From contig DATION010000002.1 in NCBI GenBank assembly GCA_035473115.1, forward strand, positions 169,374 through 233,373: a DNA stretch of 64,000 bases, in the 5' to 3' direction. The position numbers were made by a program, and so were the translations under genes. Shown one piece after another: positions 10,014 through 18,033 of the stretch (within the stretch, counting starts at the first letter, position 1; each line of letters starts with the position of its first letter). Below the pieces are notes generated by a model. It was given only the letters and a program-made list of their open reading frames with translations, ran no database searches and was not told the origin of the DNA. This DNA comes from Candidatus Udaeobacter sp. GTDB taxonomy: Bacteria > Patescibacteriota > Patescibacteriia > Magasanikbacterales > GWA2-37-8.

Positions 10014-10170
10014 TGAACTCCTTTAAATTGATACCAGAACCGTTCTGGCAAACGCCGCCAACTAATAGGCGGACAAAATAAAGTACCATAAAAGTAATTT
10101 TTTGTCAAAGGTAATTTATGTAAAATAACGATGAATTGCTTTTGCAATAAGTTTCTGCTAAAATGCAAAA

Positions 10171-10617
10171 ATGATTACCAATCTTGCCGAAAATAAAAAG
10201 GCGCTATTTGACTATGAAATCCTGGAAAAATACGAGGCTGGTTTAGTGCTGTCCGGACAAGAAGTAAAATCAGCTAAAGCTGGTCAAATTAACCTAAAAG
10301 GGTCATATGTAACTTTTCATGATGGCAAAGCTTTTGTTTTGAATATGCATATCACCAAATATAAGCCGGCCGGTCCTCTCCCCGACTATGATCCAACCCG
10401 AACTCGCCAATTACTTCTACACAAAAAAGAAATAGCTTATTTACAGGGAAAATCGCTGGAAAGGGGCTTGACAATAGTGCCTTTAAAAGTGTATACTAAA
10501 CAACGCTTGATAAAGATTGAGGTCGCAATTGCCAAAGGACGCAAGAATTACGACAAAAGAGAAGTCATTAAGACCAGAGAATTAAAAAGAGAACTTGATC
10601 GAGCAAGAAAAAATTAG
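10171..10617 (+). CDS. smpB: SsrA-binding protein
   Basis: NKKALFDYEILEKYEAGLVLSGQEVKS and AKGRKNYDKR motifs. Confidence 0.97.
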   Translation: MITNLAENKKALFDYEILEKYEAGLVLSGQEVKSAKAGQINLKGSYVTFHDGKAFVLNMHITKYKPAGPLPDYDPTRTRQLLLHKKEIAYLQGKSLERGLTIVPLKVYTKQRLIKIEVAIAKGRKNYDKREVIKTRELKRELDRARKN

Positions 10618-11009
10618 GGGGTGCCGGGCCTTCGACAGAAGCTCCTGGCTACACTGGCATACCGAGGCGGCTCGCAGCCTTGTAAAAAACAGAGCAATAT
10701 AATAAGTGCAAACTTATTTACAAAAGCTAAAGTTGCTGTAGCAAATTTATTTGCTGTTAGCGCTTTCGCTCCGGTAATGGCTTAATACCCAATACCCATC
10801 GCGCCAATGATACTCTGTAATTGGTTAGCGGTGTCACTAACAGAGAGTAGTTCTGCCGCAGTGTCGTCTGCGACAAAATGAAATTCCAACGACTCGTCAA
10901 TGCAATTTTCGTCCCCTTCTATTGCGTTGACTAAAAAACAAGGGACACTAAGTATGTAGAAGGTTTAGTCAAAGTTATCTACACGCGAGTTCAACTCTCG
11001 CCACCTCCA
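10617..11009 (+). ncRNA. ssrA: tmRNA
   Basis: 5' GGGGGTG pairs with 3' CACCTCC-A including G3.U; TTCGAC; T-arm GCGAG-TTCAACT-CTCGC; tag frame 10708-10785 after the ATAAGT resume context. Confidence 0.93.
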
Positions 11010-11046
11010 CGACGCTGAGCGTCGTAATAGGAACGCTTAGCGTTCC
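11009..11046 (+). repeat. Tandem ACGC-TNA-GCGT hairpin pair (family D)
   Basis: ACGACGCTGAGCGTCGT and GGAACGCTTAGCGTTCC; similar pair at 50369-50405. Confidence 0.65.
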
Positions 11047-11061
11047 ACAACACTTCGCCCT

Positions 11062-11607
11062 ATGCGTATATCACACAAAAAACATAAACCCGAGCCAAAA
11101 AAAACATACTTTTTTAATGCGGGCATAACTGTTCCGGAAGTTTTGGTCTTAAATAATGATGGAACAAATTTGGGAGTAATGAAGCCGGTTGATGGCGTGC
11201 GTTTGGCCAAAGAACAAGAATTAGATTTGGTTCTAATTAATCCAAAAACAACTCCACCAGTCGCAAAAATTATTGATTTTGGACAGTTTAAATACCAACA
11301 AGAAAAAGAAGAGCGTTTAAAACAAGCTCATGCTCATGTCACTGAAGTAAAAGGAATTCGCTTATCTCTACGCATCAGCCCGCACGACATGAAGAATAGA
11401 GAAAATCAGACTATAGAATTTTTAAATGATGGCGACAAAGTTAAAATAGAGATATTTTTAAAAGGCCGAGAAATGCAGCAAAAACAGATGGCTCGCGAAA
11501 TAATTGAAAAATTTATAAACAACGTCAACATTTTAGTGCCAGTTCGCAAAGATCAAGAAATAGAATCACAATTTAATAAAGTGACAGCAATTATCGCGAA
11601 GCGATAA
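11062..11607 (+). CDS. infC: Translation initiation factor IF-3
   Basis: LDLVLINPKTTPPVAKIIDFGQFKY and EFLNDGDKVK motifs. Confidence 0.95.
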   Translation: MRISHKKHKPEPKKTYFFNAGITVPEVLVLNNDGTNLGVMKPVDGVRLAKEQELDLVLINPKTTPPVAKIIDFGQFKYQQEKEERLKQAHAHVTEVKGIRLSLRISPHDMKNRENQTIEFLNDGDKVKIEIFLKGREMQQKQMAREIIEKFINNVNILVPVRKDQEIESQFNKVTAIIAKR

Positions 11608-11611
11608 TCAC

Positions 11612-11642
11612 TGTCATCCTGAGGTTATAAACCGAAGGATCT
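11612..11642 (+). repeat. Family A REP-like repeat, single arm
   Basis: TGTCATCCTGAGG...GAAGGATCT. Confidence 0.75.
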
Positions 11643-11655
11643 CTAAGTTATAAAT

Positions 11656-11853
11656 ATGCCTAAACTAAAAACCCACAAAGCCACAGCCAAGAGATATAAG
11701 CTGACAAAAAATGGAAAAATAATGAAACGTACAGCCGGACAAAACCACTTTAACGCCAGAGAAAATGGAAAAACAGGCCGCAACAAAAAATCCGATGTGG
11801 TTGCCAGCCAAAGTTTACGCCGAGTAATGCAAGTAAATTTACCTAACAGCTAA
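11656..11853 (+). CDS. rpmI: 50S ribosomal protein L35
   Basis: [15 protein letters not shown]; position between infC and rplT. Confidence 0.95.
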   Translation: MPKLKTHKATAKRYKLTKNGKIMKRTAGQNHFNARENGKTGRNKKSDVVASQSLRRVMQVNLPNS

Positions 11854-11880
11854 TTTAAAATAAATATATAGGCCAAAAGG

Positions 11881-11950
11881 CATATATTCTCATTCGCTCG
11901 AGAAAGGATTAAACACATTTAATCTTTTTACTCACTCACTTTCGAATATG
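11881..11950 (+). repeat. Family C element ending on the rplT start codon
   Basis: CATATATTCTCATTCGCTCG-[hairpin]-TACTCACTCACTTTCGAATATG; second copy at 23946-24048 on the minus strand. Confidence 0.75.
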
Positions 11951-12292
11951 ACAAGAGTTAAAGGTGGTCTTCTCCACTCCAAACGCCGCCGCGGAATTTT
12001 AAAACATACCCGTGGTTTTAAATGGGGCAGAAAATCCAAAATCAAAGTAGCCAAAGTTGCTAAAATGAAGGCTGGTCAGCACGCTTTCTCCGATCGCCGT
12101 CAAAAAAAGCGCACCAACCGAGGCATCTGGAATGTTCGCATCAACGCAGCAGTCAGAGAATTCGGATTAAGCTACAGCAGACTCATTGACGCTCTCAAGA
12201 AAAATAACATTGCCCTTGATAGAAAAATTTTAGCGGAATTGGCAGAAAAACACGGCTCCGTGTTTGCCAAAATAGTAGAATCCGTAAAATAA
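11948..12292 (+). CDS. rplT: 50S ribosomal protein L20
   Basis: MTRVKGG, WNVRINAAVR, LDRKILAELA motifs. Confidence 0.97.
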   Translation: MTRVKGGLLHSKRRRGILKHTRGFKWGRKSKIKVAKVAKMKAGQHAFSDRRQKKRTNRGIWNVRINAAVREFGLSYSRLIDALKKNNIALDRKILAELAEKHGSVFAKIVESVK

Positions 12293-12346
12293 ATATTCAC
12301 AGCCCAGACCCTTGACAGCAAAAAATAAAATTAGTATACTGTTTAA

Positions 12347-12438
12347 AACTTAAAGGCCCTGATGATGTTTGGTATCAGAAGGAATCGTACCCTCCTTCGA
12401 TTTCTTTTCTCTTACCAAACACTATCGGGGTCTTTTTT
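12347..12438 (+). ncRNA. Putative small hairpin RNA with anti-SD-like loop
   Basis: TTGACA-17-TATACT promoter at 12312-12340; long imperfect stem with loop TACCCTCCTT; ends in a U-run; no ORF. Confidence 0.55.
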
Positions 12439-12594
12439 GTTAGTGACGAGATTATCAGAAGTGAAACATAGTGATAATCCGTCTGGCTAACAATGACACC
12501 CAAACGGCGCTGTTAGCGCCCAAAATTTATGAATACATTTGTCTTTTATTTTTTTATACTGTAAGATTAAATAATTAGAATTTTTAACAAAAAT

Positions 12595-13185
12595 ATGCTG
12601 GAAAGCCTTAGTTACCAACCAACAGTAGAAGCAAAGGGAGATAGAACACAAATTTGGTTAGCAGAAATTTTATCAACTGATACACGACAATTTATCTTAA
12701 ACACTCTTAGAAAAAACAATTCTTCTCTTTCAGAAGCTGATGCAGAAGACGTTACGCAACAAGTAATCTTCAAAGCAAGCGAAGCGATTAAAAAAGGACA
12801 GTTTAAAGCTGAGTCAAAATTAAAAACCTGGTTATATACAATAATCAAGCGTGAAGGTCTTAATTTTTTAAGAACACGAAATGTGCGGCCGGTTGCAACA
12901 GATTTTATTTCTCCAGGAAATGAGCTGCCAGATACTAACCTAACAGATTTAGAAACTAAAATAGATGAAGAAGCAAGAAAAGCAGAATTAAAAAAAATGA
13001 TTGTTCTGGCCAACAGGATACTAGAAAAAGGACAGGCAACCGCATTTCGATTACATGCTGAGGGTCTATCCTATGAACAAATTGCAGAACAAATGGGAAT
13101 AGTTCCCGGAACCGCAAAAAGCCAAGTATCCAAAGCGGTTGGGTATTTAAGAGCCATGTACGATAAAAAAAATAAATCCGTTTAA
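12595..13185 (+). CDS. ECF-type sigma-70 factor
   Basis: DAEDVTQQVIFKA, KTWLYTI (region 2); GLSYEQIAEQMGIVPGTAKSQV (region 4 HTH). Confidence 0.9.
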   Translation: MLESLSYQPTVEAKGDRTQIWLAEILSTDTRQFILNTLRKNNSSLSEADAEDVTQQVIFKASEAIKKGQFKAESKLKTWLYTIIKREGLNFLRTRNVRPVATDFISPGNELPDTNLTDLETKIDEEARKAELKKMIVLANRILEKGQATAFRLHAEGLSYEQIAEQMGIVPGTAKSQVSKAVGYLRAMYDKKNKSV

Positions 13186-13231
13186 TATTGACAAAACTTG
13201 CATTTCCAAGTATCATTCTTGCATAACTTTT

Positions 13232-13305
13232 GGGTCGGTAGTTCAACTGGTTAGAGCACTGCCCTGTCACGGCAGAAGTTGCGGGTTCGAGTCCCGTCCG
13301 ACCCG
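13232..13305 (+). tRNA. tRNA-Asp (GTC)
   Basis: Cloverleaf GGGTCGG/CCGACCC; anticodon arm CTGCC-CTGTCAC-GGCAG; TTCGA T-loop; CCA not encoded. Confidence 0.95.
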
Positions 13306-13404
13306 CTCACAAAAACGTAGCTTATCCTAGCTATGTTTTTTGTTACCCCTAGTGTGGTTTAAAACCCTGTGATAGAGTATTATGGAGTTTATAAATTTAA
13401 TTAT

Positions 13405-13662
13405 ATGACGAACATTCACCGTGGTTTAGATATACTTACCGAAGAAGCTCGAGCGCGCTGCATTAAAGAAATTATCGGATTTTTTCAAGATGAGCGAGAC
13501 GAAACTATAGGAATCATTGCTGCTGAGGATGTATTGGATTTTTTCTTACAAAACATAGCATCGGATATTTATAATAAAGCAGTTGAGGATACAAAGGGCC
13601 TTCTCAAGCAACAACTGGAAGGATTGGATTTTGAAATTGATTTGTTAAAGAAACAAAAATAA
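13405..13662 (+). CDS. DUF2164-like protein
   Basis: FFQDERDETIGIIAAEDVLDFF...YNKAVED pattern; probable start at MTNIH. Confidence 0.8.
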   Translation: MTNIHRGLDILTEEARARCIKEIIGFFQDERDETIGIIAAEDVLDFFLQNIASDIYNKAVEDTKGLLKQQLEGLDFEIDLLKKQK

Positions 13663-13764
13663 CCAACCGACTTTAGGTTGCCCTGGCTACATAACCAAGT
13701 CCCATACTCCCCACTCTAAATAAAAAATAGCTGTAACAAGCTATTTTTTATTTGCCTAGAAATT

Positions 13765-14403
13765 TTAGAAGTGAAAAACAGTTGATGTCAAAGGAAGCGC
13801 TGCAGAGAGAACAAAACCGTCTGGTATTCTAATTACTTGGAGAAGGTCGCCATTATTATTTTCAGCGTTTACTCTAAAAATCTTAAATTGTAATATTCCA
13901 TGATCTGTTGATGTAGGGAAAGTGTCGGCCAGTAAACGAAGCTCTTTTGATTGACCTGATGGAATAGCTAACAGTAGGTTGTTAAAATCAAAAGTTGTGG
14001 TGGTAAAATGACTCCAAATTCCCAAAACAACTCCATCTGATACAAGTTTAAGTCTGCGAATATGAGAATTGATTACGGAAAGAGAAGAAACCGTTGAGGT
14101 TGTTGAAGAAGTCGAGATTCTTAGGCGCAGTGATTTTACCGATGCATCTTGGGTAGAAGAAGTATGAGGATATGGAGGAAGATTATTGTGAAAGGTAAAA
14201 CCAAAAAGTTCTGTAGCAGTGCTGTTTGCCGGAAAGATTGTGGAAAATGCAAAACCGTCAGTGCGTTCTATTAAGAACCCACTTGGCAATATATTTGATT
14301 TTTTATGACCCTGCGAAGAACCGTAGTTATTATTATAAAGATAAGCGAGAATGATGGATATGATTATTAAAATCAAGATCCATAAACAACTTTTTTTATT
14401 CAT
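13765..14403 (-). CDS. Surface/secreted hypothetical protein, Ser/Thr-rich beta domain
   Basis: N-terminal TM anchor; beta-rich body. Confidence 0.7.
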   Translation of the reverse strand: MNKKSCLWILILIIISIILAYLYNNNYGSSQGHKKSNILPSGFLIERTDGFAFSTIFPANSTATELFGFTFHNNLPPYPHTSSTQDASVKSLRLRISTSSTTSTVSSLSVINSHIRRLKLVSDGVVLGIWSHFTTTTFDFNNLLLAIPSGQSKELRLLADTFPTSTDHGILQFKIFRVNAENNNGDLLQVIRIPDGFVLSAALPLTSTVFHF

Positions 14404-14616
14404 ACAATTTAAATTAAAGTAGTAATGCTTTTATTATACACCAAAATTAATTAAAAGTATAAAAAACTAACTAATTTTAATTTAAACTTTAAAAATACTG
14501 ATTTTTTAGCAAAAGACCACCATGATTATGGCGGTCTTTTGGCTGAACCCGACTTTAGACTTCGCTTACTAATCTCAACTGTGAGATCAGCCAGACGCAT
14601 ATGCAGAGTCAGGTAC

Positions 14617-14904
14617 TCAATCTTCTTGGGGTTTCTTCATCCAACTCTTCCTCCAGGGAGGATAAATCCAAGCTACAACTATAATCACACTGCTTATACC
14701 AAGCGGTATGACTATGTTCCAAAAAGTGCATGTCCACAACTCTCGCATAATCGCCGTCTTATAGATGAAGACGTAGCAGTAGTGGACCATACCGGTCATG
14801 GCAGCGGCATTCTTGACAAATGGCTTGCCGAAATAAATCAGAAGAGCAATTGCCAGAACGACTACACCTGCATAGATCTCAAACGGGCTTGCTGTAATTG
14901 CCAT
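14617..14904 (-). CDS. Orphan small membrane protein (SD-led class)
   Basis: AAGGAG SD before MAITAS; TTGACA-17-TATACT promoter upstream; 2-3 hydrophobic segments; structured 3' region and terminator at 14511-14540. Confidence 0.6.
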   Translation of the reverse strand: MAITASPFEIYAGVVVLAIALLIYFGKPFVKNAAAMTGMVHYCYVFIYKTAIMRELWTCTFWNIVIPLGISSVIIVVAWIYPPWRKSWMKKPQED

Positions 14905-15172
14905 TGCTTTGACTCCTTGGTATTGGAGAAACGTGTAAATTTGATATCCCCTGACTTTAAACCTAAGGGATGAAGAAGTATAAAACATATTTTCTATTTT
15001 GTCAATAATTTCATATGCTCTAACCTGATACATATGCATATCTTGACAAAATTAGTAATTTATAATATAATTTGCTATTACTTTAATAATATATATTTTC
15101 ACCGGAAAATGGACAATAAAACAATATTGTTCATTTTCCTGCGAAAATGCAGGGGAAGGGATTGAAGAGCCA

Positions 15173-15505
15173 ATGGCAGAAAAACTGGCTGAAAACGGTG
15201 ATCACATCGTGCTGACTGGAGATACCGACGTAGGCACGGGGATGGAGAGAGCCGTTGTATTCCACCATAACGGCACCTCCAGCAACGTCCTCGTATCGGA
15301 AGGTGGCAAGGGCGGACAGGACTTCTTCATGGAGCCATGCGGTGAGTTCGGCTACATGGAGACAGGCGTTGGTCACGTCCGTGTTGGCAGCGGACACAAC
15401 GGTCCTCCGTTGGTGAACTGTTCCGCGTTCCGCCAGCGGATCGTGGACATGTTCGGCGAGCACCCGCTCGATCCGAGCCACCCTGACAACCAGCACCGCG
15501 CCTAA
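15173..15505 (+). CDS. Orphan high-GC protein (SD-led class)
   Basis: Perfect TTGACA-17-TATAAT at 15043-15071; 5' hairpin; purine-rich RBS; GC-rich third codon positions. Confidence 0.6.
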   Translation: MAEKLAENGDHIVLTGDTDVGTGMERAVVFHHNGTSSNVLVSEGGKGGQDFFMEPCGEFGYMETGVGHVRVGSGHNGPPLVNCSAFRQRIVDMFGEHPLDPSHPDNQHRA

Positions 15506-15722
15506 CCCCCTTTCACGTTCAGGTAGACCGCAGTTCTCACGCTCATTCATGAGGCAAGCGGTGCAACAGCTCTGTTCGCTCCACTTGTTTGCAAGTTAAA
15601 ATTTGACTTTCAAACAGGGAGGATTATTAGCGAACAGAGTTTTTGTTTATCAGATATTTTTAATTAAAAAAAACAAAAGCGTTCCAAAGGAACGCCGCCT
15701 ACCTACCAAAACCAACCGTCAT

Positions 15723-16331
15723 CTAGCCCCAAGGAAACGGTTCTAGTGTAATATCCGGGAATTTACTCTTTACTCTCGCCGCTAACTCAGAAATCTTGCT
15801 CGGATCGGAATTACCTGCTTCGATCAGAGCCAAACCATTTACTTGCGCCAGCCATGTTTCTGTATCCATTTTACTTTGACAATGACTACAAAGTAAAATA
15901 TCCCCTGTCCAGAGCCCACCACCTCTCAATCCAGAAAAAGTTACACCATAATATCTTACGATATGCCATTGAGGAACCCAACCGTCTTTCCTGCCTACAA
16001 AGTAATCATACGGTATGCTCCGATCCTCAGTTTGACAACGAAAACATACCAAATGCGTAGCTGCGTAGCGCAACCACCAGTTTACAGCGCTTCGGCTTGG
16101 TCTACGCCATTGCAGCAGATTCCCATTTAAAGGACAGAACTTTCCGCTTTCTTGGTTATGTTTATCAAGCTCATTGCCGCATCTTTGGCAAACAAGCTTG
16201 AACCTTTCCGAATGGGAATGTTGACTTGGTAAAAGAAAAAAACAAGCTTGCGGCCGGTCAGTTATCTCTCTAACCCAGACTGCAGACCCGCATTTTTCAC
16301 AAACCGTTGCACTACCTTCTTGATTGGCCAC
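15723..16331 (-). CDS. Orphan multi-CxxC zinc-binding protein (SD-led class)
   Basis: GGAGGT SD with GTG start; CEKC, CQRC, CFRC, CSHC motifs. Confidence 0.65.
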   Translation of the reverse strand: MANQEGSATVCEKCGSAVWVREITDRPQACFFLLPSQHSHSERFKLVCQRCGNELDKHNQESGKFCPLNGNLLQWRRPSRSAVNWWLRYAATHLVCFRCQTEDRSIPYDYFVGRKDGWVPQWHIVRYYGVTFSGLRGGGLWTGDILLCSHCQSKMDTETWLAQVNGLALIEAGNSDPSKISELAARVKSKFPDITLEPFPWG

Positions 16332-16447
16332 GACAAACCTCCATTTGTTTTAGTATAAACATACTAGCAGCGAACCTATAAATAGTCAAAGCTCAAAACC
16401 AATTATAATGCTTTACAAATGAGTACAAATATAGTAAAATCAACTGC

Positions 16448-16879
16448 ATGAAGCTAAATTTTAAAGACATACTCAATTTATTACTTCTCCCCTTTTTAGT
16501 ATACGAATGTAATGCTATTTGTTTATCCTCAGCGCCGGATTTTTATAATACATACAGCGTAGATACCCTTTCTCATTTTTTAGGCGGATTAACTATCGCC
16601 TATAGTATTTACTATATTTTGTCTTTACTAGAAAAAAAGGATTGGATCCTAGTTAAAAAAAATTACTTAAAAGCCGGAGTTATCATTACCGCGACGGTAA
16701 CTATAGCAGTCTGGTGGGAATTTTATGAATTTATTTCCGATTATTTTTTAGGAACCTTAATGCAGCCAAGCATCGCCGATACTATGAAAGACCTCTGTAT
16801 GGGAATGCTGGGAGCAGTTGTCCTTTCTATTGTAATGATTTATCGAACAAAAAAACCTCAATCTCCAAATTTAAATTAA
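16448..16879 (+). CDS. Membrane protein (DUF2238/VanZ-like)
   Basis: DTLSHFLGG, WEFYEF, DTMKDL motifs. Confidence 0.7.
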   Translation: MKLNFKDILNLLLLPFLVYECNAICLSSAPDFYNTYSVDTLSHFLGGLTIAYSIYYILSLLEKKDWILVKKNYLKAGVIITATVTIAVWWEFYEFISDYFLGTLMQPSIADTMKDLCMGMLGAVVLSIVMIYRTKKPQSPNLN

Positions 16880-16889
16880 AACTAAATTT

Positions 16890-17633
16890 ATGTTGACAAA
16901 CATAATACTCGCAACTTTACTCGTCGGGATAATCGGCGCCGTTGGCGCATATGGTATCGTTAATTTTTTTGCCCACGAGCATCATAAATTAATGTTTCTG
17001 GTTAGTTTTGCCGCCGGCACTATGATCGCTGTCTCTTTTTTTGATTTACTGCCAGAAGCTTTGGAAAAAAATAGTAACTTAATGGGTTTAATGGAATTTA
17101 CCGTGATTGGTTTCTTAATCTTTTTACTAATAGAAAAAACTTTCCTCTACTATCATTGCCATGAAGAAGATTGCGATACCCATGCTTCTAAAAAACTCAT
17201 TATTTTTGGCAGCAGCGTCCATAATTTTTTAGATGGCATCACCATTGCCGCTAGCTTCATGGCCAGCATCAACGTAGGCATATTTACCACTTTAGCTATC
17301 ATTATCCATGAAATTCCTCATGAAATTGGTGAATTTGGAGTTTTGATGCATGGTGGTTATAGCAAATTAAAAGCTTTAACCGTAAATCTATTTACTGCTC
17401 TAGTGGCTGTAATGGGCGGATTAGCAGCATATTACTCGCTAAACAGCTTCAAAAGCTTTATACCATACGTGTTGGCTTTTACCGCCGGAGGATTTATTTA
17501 TATTTCAGCCACAGACCTATTACCAGAAATACAAAAAAGTAGCGAAACAAGACTGCAGATATTTTTACATAGTGTGATTTTCATTGTCGGTATTGTTATA
17601 CTATGGTTGCTGATAAAAGTAATGGCTGAATAA
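16890..17633 (+). CDS. ZIP-family zinc transporter
   Basis: HNFLDG, HEIPHEIGEF motifs; His-rich loop. Confidence 0.92.
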   Translation: MLTNIILATLLVGIIGAVGAYGIVNFFAHEHHKLMFLVSFAAGTMIAVSFFDLLPEALEKNSNLMGLMEFTVIGFLIFLLIEKTFLYYHCHEEDCDTHASKKLIIFGSSVHNFLDGITIAASFMASINVGIFTTLAIIIHEIPHEIGEFGVLMHGGYSKLKALTVNLFTALVAVMGGLAAYYSLNSFKSFIPYVLAFTAGGFIYISATDLLPEIQKSSETRLQIFLHSVIFIVGIVILWLLIKVMAE

Positions 17634-17644
17634 ATTTTAATATT

Positions 17645-17689
17645 AAAACAAAAAAGACGCTTCATTTTTATGGCGCGTCTTTTTGTTTT
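17645..17689. terminator. Bidirectional intrinsic terminator
   Basis: AAAACAAAAAGACGC...GCGTCTTTTTGTTTT between convergent genes. Confidence 0.7.
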
Positions 17690-17697
17690 AAAGCTAT

Positions 17698-17997
17698 TTA
17701 TTTTTTACTAGAAGTTGTTTCTTGAACTGTTGCCGGAATAGCAACGTTCCAACCACCGCGCATCATACCATAACCTTGATAGTTCATCATTGGGTAACCG
17801 CCTCGATCATAATCCCAACCCATATAATAAGCTTTTAACATTCCAATCTTTACGCCAGTGCAAAAAACTATTATTCCGACTACTACCATAGCCAGCAAGC
17901 AAATCAAATGTTTGTGAGCGTAACCATGGCATCCGCCGTGAGCTCCACAGCCGCAGCCGCCCATACCGTTATGAGAATCCATTTTATCGTCGCACAT
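17698..17997 (-). CDS. Small single-TM protein with Cys/His-rich N-terminus and GMM motifs
   Basis: 99-aa ORF; GCGCGAHGGCHG; YGMMRGG. Confidence 0.7.
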   Translation of the reverse strand: MCDDKMDSHNGMGGCGCGAHGGCHGYAHKHLICLLAMVVVGIIVFCTGVKIGMLKAYYMGWDYDRGGYPMMNYQGYGMMRGGWNVAIPATVQETTSSKK

Positions 17998-18033
17998 AAA
18001 TTATATATAATTAAATTAATATATACCCGACCT

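Noticed and set aside
12359-12480. CTGATGA followed later by GAAAC, a possible second hammerhead
   Set aside because: The stem after CTGATGA is followed by CTATC rather than GAAA, so the core cannot be assembled, and CTGAT is paired in the long hairpin.
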